Both the position numbers and the translations under genes were made by a program. The notes under the pieces are model-generated. The model had not been told where the DNA came from. It did no database searches and was given only the letters and a program-made list of their open reading frames with translations. From positions 1-50,117 of the forward strand of contig JBAXBA010000018.1 of the NCBI GenBank assembly GCA_037142195.1: a stretch of 50,117 nucleotides of DNA, in the 5' to 3' direction. The DNA is from Pseudomonadota bacterium. Lineage in GTDB: Bacteria > Bdellovibrionota_B > Oligoflexia > Oligoflexales > CAIMVM01. Shown here in pieces: positions 31,863 to 41,382 of this stretch (position 1 is its first letter; each line of letters starts with the position of its first letter).

Positions 31863-32663
31863 TCACGCCTCTGTCTTGTGAGACTGTCTTTTAGCTTCAA
31901 ATAGAATTAATGATGCTGCCACTGATACATTAAATGAGTCGGCAATACCGTACATAGGAATCACAATAGAGACATCCGCATTTTCAACCCAAAAGTCTGA
32001 CAGCCCTGTATCCTCTGCACCCATCAAAATTGCCGACTTAGGCTCAAATTTGGTATCAAAGACACTTTGAGCCTTTGCATCAAGAAGTGCGGCATAGGTT
32101 TTAAATCCTTCCTGCCTCACAAAGCTTAAAAAATCCAGGGAACTGGATTCAAAGACCGGTATGGAAAAAATTGTTCCGAGACTGGTTCGGATGGCTATAG
32201 GGCTCCAAATATCCGAGGACGAATCAAGAACAATAACCGCAGTCACCCCAAGTCCATCCGCAGTTCTAAGCATCGCACCAAAATTTCCAGGTTTCTCAAG
32301 GCCTTGAACGACCATTAAAAGACCACCTTTGGCCTCTCGCTTAAATTCAGACAGCTGCCTCCTTTGAACTGGAAAAACAGCGATTATTCCATCTTTGTCT
32401 TCTCGCACGGCTAATTTAGAAAATACATTCTGAGACACTTCTATCAAATTAGTGTTTTGAGCCGAGTTAATAATGACTGAACTGGAGGAGGATAAAACAT
32501 CTCTCGAAAACCAAATTTCACTTGGTTTATACCCTGACAATAAAGCTCTTCCAACCTCCCTGGCGCCTTCCACCAAAAACCGCTTTTGCTCGCGACGCCC
32601 CTTGGAATCTCGTAGCTTAAGGAGTTCTTTGACATGCTGATTTTGAAGGGACGTAATGAACAC
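31863..32663 (-). CDS. SpoU/TrmH family RNA methyltransferase
   Basis: ITSLQNQHVK, FLVEG.RE, LEKPGNFGAMLRTAD, MGAEDTGLS, DSFNVSVAA; GTG start inferred. Confidence 0.9.
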   Translation of the reverse strand: MFITSLQNQHVKELLKLRDSKGRREQKRFLVEGAREVGRALLSGYKPSEIWFSRDVLSSSSSVIINSAQNTNLIEVSQNVFSKLAVREDKDGIIAVFPVQRRQLSEFKREAKGGLLMVVQGLEKPGNFGAMLRTADGLGVTAVIVLDSSSDIWSPIAIRTSLGTIFSIPVFESSSLDFLSFVRQEGFKTYAALLDAKAQSVFDTKFEPKSAILMGAEDTGLSDFWVENADVSIVIPMYGIADSFNVSVAASLILFEAKRQSHKTEA

Positions 32664-32688
32664 GATAGAGCCTTTTAAAGAAGAGGAA

Positions 32689-33531
32689 TCAAAGAACCCA
32701 CTGGGCGCAAGCTCCACTCGGAAGGTGCCTCATGGTTTCATCTTGGACAGTCATTTCCATTGATGAAAAACTACCACCTCGGTTTCCCAAATAAGAAGCG
32801 AGAATATTTTGAATGGCAATAGGCGTATACCCCTGAGAATGGGCGGACAGCTGAAGAAAGCCAAAATCGTCATCAAAGAGTTGGGCGAGATCGTCCATAA
32901 GCGGTATAAGATGGTCTTCAATCTTCCAAATCTCTCCCTTAGCTCCCCGCCCGTAAGAAGGAGGATCGAGAACAATTCCTTGATACTTAGAGCCTCTTTT
33001 TATTTCCCGTTGCACAAATTTCTGAACGTCATCAACAATCCAGCGAATGGGCTTATCACCCAGAGAGGAAGCCTCAGCATTTTCTCTTGCCCAAGCCACA
33101 CTTGTTTTTGAGGCATCCACATGGACCACGTGGGCGCCTCCTTTGCTGGCACCAAGGGTTACAGTTCCCGTATAGGCGAAAAGATTAAGGAGGCGAAAGG
33201 GTTTGTCTTTCGCTAACTGGTTTCCTATGGCGTCCTGCATTGCAGACCAGGAATGATGTTCAGGGAAAATTCCTATGTGACCAAAATCAGTCAGACGAAT
33301 GATGGCAGAAATCCCATGGATCTGAATCATCCAAGACACGGGAATTTTGTTTCTAAACTCCCATTTGCCATCACCAAAAGAACCACGTGTAAACTCAGCA
33401 TCGGCTTCCCATGTCGAAGGATCACGATTCGACCTCCAAACGGCTTGCGCCGAAGGACGAATGACTCTGTACCCACCGATTTGCTCGTATTTCTTAAAAT
33501 ATCCAGAATCTATTAAACGGTAGTCACCCAT
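32689..33531 (-). CDS. Class I SAM-dependent methyltransferase (RlmI/RlmK-like)
   Basis: FGHIGIFPEH, LNLFAYTG, VHVDAS, IVLDPPSYGRG. Confidence 0.9.
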   Translation of the reverse strand: MGDYRLIDSGYFKKYEQIGGYRVIRPSAQAVWRSNRDPSTWEADAEFTRGSFGDGKWEFRNKIPVSWMIQIHGISAIIRLTDFGHIGIFPEHHSWSAMQDAIGNQLAKDKPFRLLNLFAYTGTVTLGASKGGAHVVHVDASKTSVAWARENAEASSLGDKPIRWIVDDVQKFVQREIKRGSKYQGIVLDPPSYGRGAKGEIWKIEDHLIPLMDDLAQLFDDDFGFLQLSAHSQGYTPIAIQNILASYLGNRGGSFSSMEMTVQDETMRHLPSGACAQWVL

Positions 33532-33564
33532 GGGTCTCCCTTTGTTTAGGGCCTAAGCCGCGGG

Positions 33565-33593
33565 AATCTAACCTACTTTCAAGCTTCTCGCAA
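33565..33593 (-). promoter_or_regulatory. Putative sigma70 promoter for the methyltransferase pair
   Basis: TTGCGA-N17-TAGATT. Confidence 0.5.
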
Positions 33594-33945
33594 TATGAGT
33601 TAACTTTAATACTTAAGGGCACTTAGATCGTTTTTGGAGGAGGCAGCCCCATCCTCAGGATGCTGAAACTCCAATCTCAGAGCTAAACAAATGACAATAA
33701 ACCGCACCCAGTAGCCCATGGTTCAGCTGTCTCTGCAATCCTATTTTTTTTGTAGGATTGCCAGTTAAGGCAAACCGAAGACGACCGGTTAAAGTGAATT
33801 CTTATGACGTCAAATTCCACCGAGAACGAATTTACAATGATTCCGGACATCGCTACACTACCTTCTATCGGCTGCGCAAAAAAAGCAGCTTTCATAAGGT
33901 ACTTTTTTTGAACTCTGACTTATTTTTCGAGAAAGACAATCTCCC

Positions 33946-34890
33946 ATGACTCAAAATAAAATTACGGAACTCTTTCAGATAAAGTATCCCATCATTCAGG
34001 CTGGCATGGTCTGGGTATCTGGCTCCAAATTAGCAGCAGCAGCTGCAAATGCAGGTGCACTAGGTCTTTTAGGCGGAGGATCCATGTCGCCAGATCTTCT
34101 TAGAAGCCATATTCGGGCTGCCAAAACGCTTACAAAAAATCCCTTTGGGGTAAATTTACCTCTGCTATATAGCAAAATTGAGGAACAAATTGATGTTTGC
34201 TTAGAAGAAGGCGTCAAGATTTTTTTTACCTCTGCCGGCAGTCCCAAAAAACATACCCCTAAACTTAAAGACCATGGATGCACGGTGGTGCATGTAACCA
34301 GCAATCCCGATCTCGCCATAAAATGCGAAGAAGCGGGGGTAGATGCTGTTGTGGCAGAGGGTTTTGAAGCGGGAGGACATAATGGAAGAGACGAACTTAC
34401 CACCATGGTGCTTATCCCACAGGTCGTAAAAGCTGTTAAAATACCAGTGATTGCCGCTGGCGGAATCGCAGATGGCCATTCCATGGCGGCCGCATTTTGC
34501 TTAGGCGCCTCAGCAGTTCAAGTAGGATCTCGATTTGCAGCTACCCAAGAATCTTCCGCCCATGAAAACTTTAAACAAGCTATCTTGGCTGCGACCTTTA
34601 GCTCCACGATGCTCTGCATGAAATCTACGGTTCCCGTGAGGCTCTTAAAAAATGAATTTTATTTGAAGATCAGCGAATTAGAAAAAAAATGTGCCCCAAA
34701 TTCTGAAATTTTAGACTTTTTAGGAACCGGGCGGGCAAAAAAAGGAATGCTTGAAGGAAATCTAGTGGAAGGAGAACTGGAAATCGGTCAAGTAGCGGCG
34801 CTTATCAAAGACCTTCCAACTTGTCACGATTTAGTCAAACGCATGATCGAAGACTATAATGCCCAATGCTTGAAACTAAGCCCTCTTTAA
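33946..34890 (+). CDS. FabK/nitronate monooxygenase family flavoprotein
   Basis: YPIIQAGMVWVS, PFGVN, VAEGFEAGGH, PVIAAGGIADG, VQVGSRF. Confidence 0.92.
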   Translation: MTQNKITELFQIKYPIIQAGMVWVSGSKLAAAAANAGALGLLGGGSMSPDLLRSHIRAAKTLTKNPFGVNLPLLYSKIEEQIDVCLEEGVKIFFTSAGSPKKHTPKLKDHGCTVVHVTSNPDLAIKCEEAGVDAVVAEGFEAGGHNGRDELTTMVLIPQVVKAVKIPVIAAGGIADGHSMAAAFCLGASAVQVGSRFAATQESSAHENFKQAILAATFSSTMLCMKSTVPVRLLKNEFYLKISELEKKCAPNSEILDFLGTGRAKKGMLEGNLVEGELEIGQVAALIKDLPTCHDLVKRMIEDYNAQCLKLSPL

Positions 34891-34960
34891 CATAATTGAT
34901 TCATGGTTTCGAAAAAAATTGGATTTCAACTCTTAGCGTACGTAGAGAGTTCCCCAAGGA

Positions 34961-36001
34961 CTAAGCTACGGAGTAGGTGACTTTTTCATCTTTCCAATAA
35001 TTTATTTGTTGAGTTAAGAAATAACAATGCCCCTCACGACGAACATCCACCCCTAGGAATGAAGACTCAGCCTTGAGTGACTCAAATCTAGTGTGAGGTA
35101 CCAGTTTCTGAGCTGAAAAATCCAGCTTAATGACAATGACTTCCTCCAGGCAGCTCATGAGCTCAATCCTTGGGGTTTCACTCATGCTTTTAGCAAAGAG
35201 GCTTATCACATAGAGCATAGTGCCTTGGTTATAGAGGACCTTTGCTTCACAATCCCCTTTTACAGAAACGTTGCTAAAGTCCCAGCCCATGCGATACGCT
35301 TTTAAAGTTGCTTCCATGGTCACAGCCGAAAGAGGCGCTGCGGCATTGATCGCTAGGTTGGAATGAGCTGCTGTTAAATATTGAAACGAAAGGGATCCCG
35401 CTGACTGCAATACAGCAAGACCTAGCGTTTGCAGTGCATTTGCAAGAAGTTTTTGCGGATAGGACAAGTCAAAAGCGTTGAGACGCTTAGAGTTTAAAAA
35501 CACAAAACCTACAATATTGCCATAAACTATGAGTGGAATACACAGACCAGAAATTAAGCCCATTTCACCTATTTTCTGAAGGGATCTTTGAACGGGTGAC
35601 TTTTCGCTGTAAAAAGATTTTTTAACGATTTCCACATCGGAATAAATTCTCACGACCCCTTGAGTCAAATGAAATAAGGAAGAGTCTTCTCTGACGAAAC
35701 AGGTATAGTTCTTCTTCATTAATTCTTCAGAAACAGCCGGATCTTTTACGGAACATTCCAGACGAAGTTGATTCGTAACGCCTAGCCTACGCACAATCGC
35801 GATTCGGTGAACAATATTCAAGATCGGATGGTCCCTGCAATGCTGCATGACAGCTGCAAGCATACCTTCTCCGCCAGATTTAACCAATGCGTGAGAAGAA
35901 TCCAGCAATAGATTTGCTGACAGATAAGCTTCCGTTCCACTGTCGTATGAGTCTACATAATTAAGGGGGGAAATTGAGAAAGGCATGGTGAGCTCTGACA
36001 T
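34961..36001 (-). CDS. GAF-like domain protein
   Basis: GLISGLCIPLIVYGNIVGFVFLNSKRLNAF resembles the GAF C-terminal strands; SD AGGAGG. Confidence 0.65.
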   Translation of the reverse strand: MSELTMPFSISPLNYVDSYDSGTEAYLSANLLLDSSHALVKSGGEGMLAAVMQHCRDHPILNIVHRIAIVRRLGVTNQLRLECSVKDPAVSEELMKKNYTCFVREDSSLFHLTQGVVRIYSDVEIVKKSFYSEKSPVQRSLQKIGEMGLISGLCIPLIVYGNIVGFVFLNSKRLNAFDLSYPQKLLANALQTLGLAVLQSAGSLSFQYLTAAHSNLAINAAAPLSAVTMEATLKAYRMGWDFSNVSVKGDCEAKVLYNQGTMLYVISLFAKSMSETPRIELMSCLEEVIVIKLDFSAQKLVPHTRFESLKAESSFLGVDVRREGHCYFLTQQINYWKDEKVTYSVA

Positions 36002-36222
36002 GAGTCCTCCTGAACTCTTGTACGTTGTATCCTTTTATCATAAAGGCGGGTAATAGATACATTATTAATCAGGGTGCTAAGCCAGCGAAGGCTGGCACTA
36101 ATTTCCTTTAATTACAGATACTTAAAAAACAGGCCCAGGCATTTTTAACTTCAAGTCGACCTGCCGGCAAAGTTAGTTTATAAGTCGTCGCCCGCAATTG
36201 TAGAAAAAGGAGTCTAATTTTC

Positions 36223-36993
36223 ATGAAGCTTGACCCAAATCGACGCATTAAGCGTGGGTGGATGAATTTAAAAATACAGAGTATTAAAAACGAATGCCAC
36301 GACACGAAAACTCTGTACTTTATCGATGCTGATGAAGGGGGGATACCTTTTGATTATATTGCCGGACAATATATCACGTTTCGGTTTGATGATGTTTCCG
36401 AAAAACCTGTAGTTCGAAGCTACACCATGTCAAGCTCTCCACGCCAAACAGAAGTCTTAGCGGTAACCGTAAAGGAAGTCGAAGATCCCTTTATCTCGCG
36501 ACTATTGGTAAGAGACACAGCGGTTGATCAAATCTACCGTGCCAGAGGTCCTATAGGTAAATTTGTTTTCGAGCCAGAAAGTGATGAGAAACATCTCGTC
36601 ATGATTGCCGGTGGTAGCGGCGTAACTCCTTTTATCTCCATTATGCGAGAATACATGGATCGGCTTGGGACAGAAGGCGCTCCTGAAGAGATGACCCTTC
36701 TTGTTTCTTATCGAAGCAAATCAGATTTGATTCTCTGGGATGACATAGAACAGATAAACACTCATTCCCATTGCCGCATTGTGACGACTCTTTCCAGGGA
36801 AGATGCCACCCATGAAGGGTTCTGGCATGGAAGAATTGATTCTTCTATGATTTCAAAACTGTTGGATGGAAACTTCAAAGGAAAGACCTTCATGACATGT
36901 GGGCCTGAAGCTATTATGGATACGGCAGTAGCTTGCGCGAAAGCCCATGGAGTTGAAGAACGCCATATCAAGACCGAGTCTTTTTCTTCGTAA
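36223..36993 (+). CDS. FAD/NAD(P)-binding oxidoreductase (FNR-like)
   Basis: AGQYIT, RSYTMSSSP, GPIGKF, MIAGGSGVTPFISI, CGPEAIM, ESF. Confidence 0.92.
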   Translation: MKLDPNRRIKRGWMNLKIQSIKNECHDTKTLYFIDADEGGIPFDYIAGQYITFRFDDVSEKPVVRSYTMSSSPRQTEVLAVTVKEVEDPFISRLLVRDTAVDQIYRARGPIGKFVFEPESDEKHLVMIAGGSGVTPFISIMREYMDRLGTEGAPEEMTLLVSYRSKSDLILWDDIEQINTHSHCRIVTTLSREDATHEGFWHGRIDSSMISKLLDGNFKGKTFMTCGPEAIMDTAVACAKAHGVEERHIKTESFSS

Positions 36994-37015
36994 ATAAGTT
37001 TTCTCATTTAAATGG

Positions 37016-37053
37016 AGAAGTCCCGCTTCCTACGAGGAGCGGGACTTCTTTTT
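37016..37053. terminator. Intrinsic terminator between convergent genes
   Basis: AGAAGTCCCGCTTCCT-ACG-AGGAGCGGGACTTCT then T run. Confidence 0.85.
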
Positions 37054-37070
37054 AATCTGTCTTTAGGAAT

Positions 37071-38174
37071 CTACACTCGGTATTCGTGATACGGAAGATT
37101 ATGGGCTTCTGCAACCGCTTTATAGGTGATGGCACCTTCATGGGTATTAAGTCCCTTTCGAAGAGCCTCAGAGTCCTTAAGTGCTGCTAAGCCTTTATTC
37201 GCAATTTGGACCGCATAAGGAAGAGTCACATTCGTCAATGCGTAAGTCGAAGTTAAGGGAACATCGCCGGGTATGTTGGTAACACCGTAGTGAAGAACGC
37301 CTTCTTCGGAATACACTGGGTTGTCGTGGGTCGTTGGTCGAATGGTTTCAATGCACCCACCCTGATCAATGGCCACATCCACAACGACGCTGCCTGGAGT
37401 CATTTGCCTAATCATCTCTCTGGTGATAAGCATAGGAGCTTTTGCACCTGCAACTAACACGCCGCCTATGACGAGATCACTTTCCGCAACCGAATTGGAA
37501 ATATTTTCATAATTGGACATTAAAGTCGTGCAGAGGTTGCCGAAAATATCATCTAGATAAGCAAGTCGCTGACTATTAACATCTAAAATAGTCACTTCGG
37601 CACCAATCCCGATTGCCATTTTAGCTGCGTTCACTCCTACAACTCCCCCGCCTACAATACAAATGCGCCCGCGTCTAACCCCTGGTACGCCTCCTAAGAG
37701 TAGGCCTTTTCCACCATTATGTTTTTCCAAACAACGGGCACCCACTTGCACGGACATCCTTCCTGCTACTTCTGACATGGGCTTTAGCAGAGGCAAAGAA
37801 CGGTCTGGGAGCTCAATCGTCTCATAGGCAAGTCCTGTAACTTTGCGCTCCACGAGAACTTCCGTAAGCTTCCTTTCAGCTGCCAGATGGAGATAAGTAT
37901 AGAGAATTTGACCAGAGCGCATGCGCTTAAACTCAGGTTCTACGGGCTCTTTAACTTTCATGATCATCTCAGCCTGGCCCCAAAGCTCATCCGCGGAAGA
38001 AATAATAGTAGCCCCTGCCTGCTTAAAGCGCTCATCCGCAATACCGGCACTTAAGCCTGCGCCACCTTCAATAAGTACCTTGTGGCCATGATCGACTAAG
38101 GTCTTTACACCACCAGGAACAATGCCCACACGATTCTCTCGGGTTTTGATTTCCTTTGGGACGCCAATAATCAT
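37071..38174 (-). CDS. ald: Alanine dehydrogenase
   Basis: [57 protein letters not shown]. Confidence 0.97.
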   Translation of the reverse strand: MIIGVPKEIKTRENRVGIVPGGVKTLVDHGHKVLIEGGAGLSAGIADERFKQAGATIISSADELWGQAEMIMKVKEPVEPEFKRMRSGQILYTYLHLAAERKLTEVLVERKVTGLAYETIELPDRSLPLLKPMSEVAGRMSVQVGARCLEKHNGGKGLLLGGVPGVRRGRICIVGGGVVGVNAAKMAIGIGAEVTILDVNSQRLAYLDDIFGNLCTTLMSNYENISNSVAESDLVIGGVLVAGAKAPMLITREMIRQMTPGSVVVDVAIDQGGCIETIRPTTHDNPVYSEEGVLHYGVTNIPGDVPLTSTYALTNVTLPYAVQIANKGLAALKDSEALRKGLNTHEGAITYKAVAEAHNLPYHEYRV

Positions 38175-38244
38175 ATTTACTTCCTATTCTAAGTGCCTTC
38201 TATGACAACAATATGGCCATAAAATAAGCGTTAAGGGATCTAAA

Positions 38245-38273
38245 TGTTTAAGATGCCTGCTCCAAAAGGTCAA
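38245..38273 (-). promoter_or_regulatory. Putative sigma70 promoter for ald
   Basis: TTGACC-N17-TAAACA. Confidence 0.45.
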
Positions 38274-38433
38274 TATAATTCGATGATGATAAAAGGATCA
38301 AAGGCCATTAGGAGACTCCAACTTAAGGCGCACCGGACTCGTCTCGGCTTTTTCAACACTATGAGTTGCTAAGCTAGACCTTTGCGTCATAAATACACAA
38401 TGTAGGGGATCCGCAAGTCCCATGTGACCTCTC

Positions 38434-39216
38434 TCATGAAATCTCGAAACACATGCCATCGTAGCCAAGTTCCATATGAGATGGCAATATTTTAGAATCT
38501 CTTTCAAAGTCTACTTCATGGGCCATATGGGTGATAATGCCTCGCTCCACATCAAGGCGTTTAAAAACCTCAATGGTTTCTGGAATGAGGCTGTGAGTTT
38601 TGTGGTTTTTAAAACGCAGGCCAGATGCGATCATGGTCTTTACCTTTCCCTTCCAAAGCTCAAATACATGATCAGGAATGGCTTTGAAATCGGTAATATA
38701 GGCAAAACTTCCAAATCTAAAGCCAGCCGTTTCAACATGGCCGTGGGGAAGTCTTACCACTTCCACTTCAAAATCATCCCATAAGACAAAATTGCTATCG
38801 AGTTCAATGAGCTCTACTTGTGGCGGATGTCCTTCATAACCTGTCGTTTCAAAAGCATAGGAAAAACGTGACTTCAAATCCCCCAAATGGTCTTTAGCGA
38901 TGTAACAGGGAATAGGTTTATGGGTATGAAAGTAAAAGGCTCTTAAATCGTCAAATCCATGACAATGATCCGCATGAGTATGGGTGTAGAGTACGGCATC
39001 AAGAGATTTCACGTTTTCCCTGAGCATCTGCATTCTAAAATCTGGCGTTGTATCGATAACTAAATTTTTATTATCCCTAAGACGAGTGATCATAATTGAG
39101 GATCTCAGTCTCTTATTCTTAGGATTTGTACTGGAGCAAACCTCACAACGGCAGCCAATAGTAGGCACCCCCGTTGACGTCCCACATCCTAAAATAGTTA
39201 CTTTGAAAGGTGACAA
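38434..39216 (-). CDS. Metallo-beta-lactamase fold hydrolase (PhnP-like)
   Basis: LGCGTSTGVP.IGC.C.VC, IDTTPDFR.Q, THTHADHCHGFDDLR, THMAH; TTG start after SD AGGAGG. Confidence 0.92.
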   Translation of the reverse strand: MSPFKVTILGCGTSTGVPTIGCRCEVCSSTNPKNKRLRSSIMITRLRDNKNLVIDTTPDFRMQMLRENVKSLDAVLYTHTHADHCHGFDDLRAFYFHTHKPIPCYIAKDHLGDLKSRFSYAFETTGYEGHPPQVELIELDSNFVLWDDFEVEVVRLPHGHVETAGFRFGSFAYITDFKAIPDHVFELWKGKVKTMIASGLRFKNHKTHSLIPETIEVFKRLDVERGIITHMAHEVDFERDSKILPSHMELGYDGMCFEIS

Positions 39217-39226
39217 TGAAGACCTC

Positions 39227-40663
39227 CTAATCAATAAAATACGTTTCTACAAATTTAGATCTTTGGCTTCCCGATGCGACAAAATGGAACATCGTGTCCA
39301 ACCGATGGAGAGCTGCCGCTCTTCGTTCAAAGTAACCTAAAAAGAAAACTTCTATCCCTTCTTTCTCGACGACTTGAATTCGATAATCCCCATGTGCCGT
39401 TGGAACTCGGACTAAATAACCTTCTTTAATGAGTAAATCTATGGATGTCTCAATATGATCCTTGGAAAGATGGCTCGTCATCATCGCTCTCTTCAAAAAA
39501 TCAAAGGAGGAGTATTCTTCCATCCCATAGTCGCGCGCCATTTCGTAAGCTTTCTTTAAAATGGCCGGTTCGGGCAGACTCTTTTCAATGATAAATTTTT
39601 GAATATGATAATCTCTCGTCGTATATACCATGCTGCAATTTGCAAAACCTCCGTCCCGCCCTGCTCGGCCGATTTCTTGAAGATACTGCTCAAGACTTTG
39701 TGTCAATCCTAAGTGGTGTACAAATCTAATATCAGATTTATCGACACCTAGCCCAAAGGCATTGGTCGCGACGACAACTCGTGCATCTCCTGATAAGAAA
39801 TCTCTTTGTGCTAATGACCTTTGTTCTGAGGTTAGCCCAGCATGATACGCTTTAACTTGAATACTTTCTTCGCTCAATCTTCTGGCAACAGTCTCGACAT
39901 TTTGGCGAGTCCCCGCATAAACGATGCCTTGACCTGTACATTCCCAAATCTTTGCCACTAAAAGATCTAAAGCAAGCTCAACCTTGGGGGTTCTAAAAAC
40001 ACCTATTTCAAGATTAGACCTGACCGGATTTCTTAGAATCACGGCGGGATCTTTAAGACGCAAGGTTTCAAGGATATCACTTCTTACTTTCTTGGTCGCA
40101 GTGGCAGTCAAGGCTAAGCGGGGTATGCGTTTTGGAATCGCATCAAGGTATTCGCCTAGCTTGCGATATTCCGGTCTAAAATTGAATCCCCATTGGCTAA
40201 TACAATGGGCTTCATCAATGGCAAACAAAACTATATTTAGGGACTGTAAAAAATCCCGAAATCTGGGATAAGAAAATCTTTCGGGAGATATAAATAGAAG
40301 CCTAACTCTTCCGGCACGAAGTGCATCCACAACCTGCTTTTTTTGCTCTGGGGTTTGTTGGCTGTCAAAGGCAGCTGCTGCAATTCCTATTTTTCGAAAC
40401 TTTATAACTTGATCGCGAATTAAAGCTACCAAGGGAGAAATAACGACTACAATACCTGAGCCCATAAGGGCAGGAATCGCAAAAGTTAATGACTTTCCGC
40501 TACCCGTTGGCAAGACAGCTAACGTATCTCTACCCGACAGAATTTCCCTTAAGACATCAACCTGGTCTACCCTCAACCCATGAAAACCAAAAACACGTCG
40601 CGCCAAGTCTTGAGCTACTTCGATCAATGGAATTGTCTCAACTGTTGAGGCCTGGCTTTGCAC
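39227..40663 (-). CDS. recQ: RecQ family ATP-dependent DNA helicase (short form)
   Basis: LPTGSGKSL, DEAHCISQWGFNFRPEY, LTATAT, QEIGRAGRDG. Confidence 0.93.
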   Translation of the reverse strand: MQSQASTVETIPLIEVAQDLARRVFGFHGLRVDQVDVLREILSGRDTLAVLPTGSGKSLTFAIPALMGSGIVVVISPLVALIRDQVIKFRKIGIAAAAFDSQQTPEQKKQVVDALRAGRVRLLFISPERFSYPRFRDFLQSLNIVLFAIDEAHCISQWGFNFRPEYRKLGEYLDAIPKRIPRLALTATATKKVRSDILETLRLKDPAVILRNPVRSNLEIGVFRTPKVELALDLLVAKIWECTGQGIVYAGTRQNVETVARRLSEESIQVKAYHAGLTSEQRSLAQRDFLSGDARVVVATNAFGLGVDKSDIRFVHHLGLTQSLEQYLQEIGRAGRDGGFANCSMVYTTRDYHIQKFIIEKSLPEPAILKKAYEMARDYGMEEYSSFDFLKRAMMTSHLSKDHIETSIDLLIKEGYLVRVPTAHGDYRIQVVEKEGIEVFFLGYFERRAAALHRLDTMFHFVASGSQRSKFVETYFID

Positions 40664-40920
40664 TTTTTGTCACCACTTAATGGAATAAGATCAAAGGTAC
40701 ACAGCGATAGCCATTCTACAAAGAGAATTCCAATAAAAGGCACCAGAGTCTGTTGGAAAGCTAGGATTAGATGAAGATTGATTAATTTTAAATCAGGCGT
40801 GGCGGCTTCTATCGCCTTTCAAAATCCAGCCGACAGTGGAATGGAAAAACAGATACCTGCCTCCCAAAGTCTTACCTAAGCGAGGCCTTTGGGGACCGCC
40901 CTAACACATTGGGCTTGATC

Positions 40921-41382
40921 CTATCCAAAGTCATCAATAAGCGCCTCAGCCTCTTCACCCTCAAAAACAAGGGTATCTTGCTGCTCAAAGCCCCCGGCAA
41001 AAACCTGAAGTGCTAGCATATAGTTCAAACGATTATGTCTTGAGCTCAAACCTCTTAATATCGGGGCCATGGGCGCCCAAGAGGAGCAATCAAAATTTTC
41101 TAATTTTTTAAGCACCCCTACATAGAGAGTTGCTTTTTCTCCATTTGCTAGCTCAATGGATTTTGAAAACTGCTGATAAATGTCTATCGAACTTCTTAAA
41201 TCAACCTCGCCTAAAAATGACTCTGCCCGTTCCATGAGCTGATCATTAATAGGAATGCCTGGTTTTACCTGCAACAGGAGGCCAGGAGCAAAATGACTTT
41301 GTACCGGGAAACGAAGAATGCCGAGATCATCCTTTATCCCTAATAAAAAAACAGCCTTTGATGTGGGGCAGTAAATATGCAT
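40921..41382 (-). CDS. Hypothetical protein coupled to MglA-like gene
   Basis: 153-aa ORF with TAATG stop/start overlap. Confidence 0.7.
   Translation of the reverse strand: MHIYCPTSKAVFLLGIKDDLGILRFPVQSHFAPGLLLQVKPGIPINDQLMERAESFLGEVDLRSSIDIYQQFSKSIELANGEKATLYVGVLKKLENFDCSSWAPMAPILRGLSSRHNRLNYMLALQVFAGGFEQQDTLVFEGEEAEALIDDFG

Noticed and set aside
16752..33531. Cluster of four RNA methyltransferases plus tadA as one system
   Set aside because: Spread over separate transcription units; all are common housekeeping families
38310..38430. c-di-GMP-I riboswitch suggested by GACGCAAAG on the minus strand (also GGCAAACC near 33770)
   Set aside because: The GNRA-capped P2 and receptor-bearing P3 context is missing in both places
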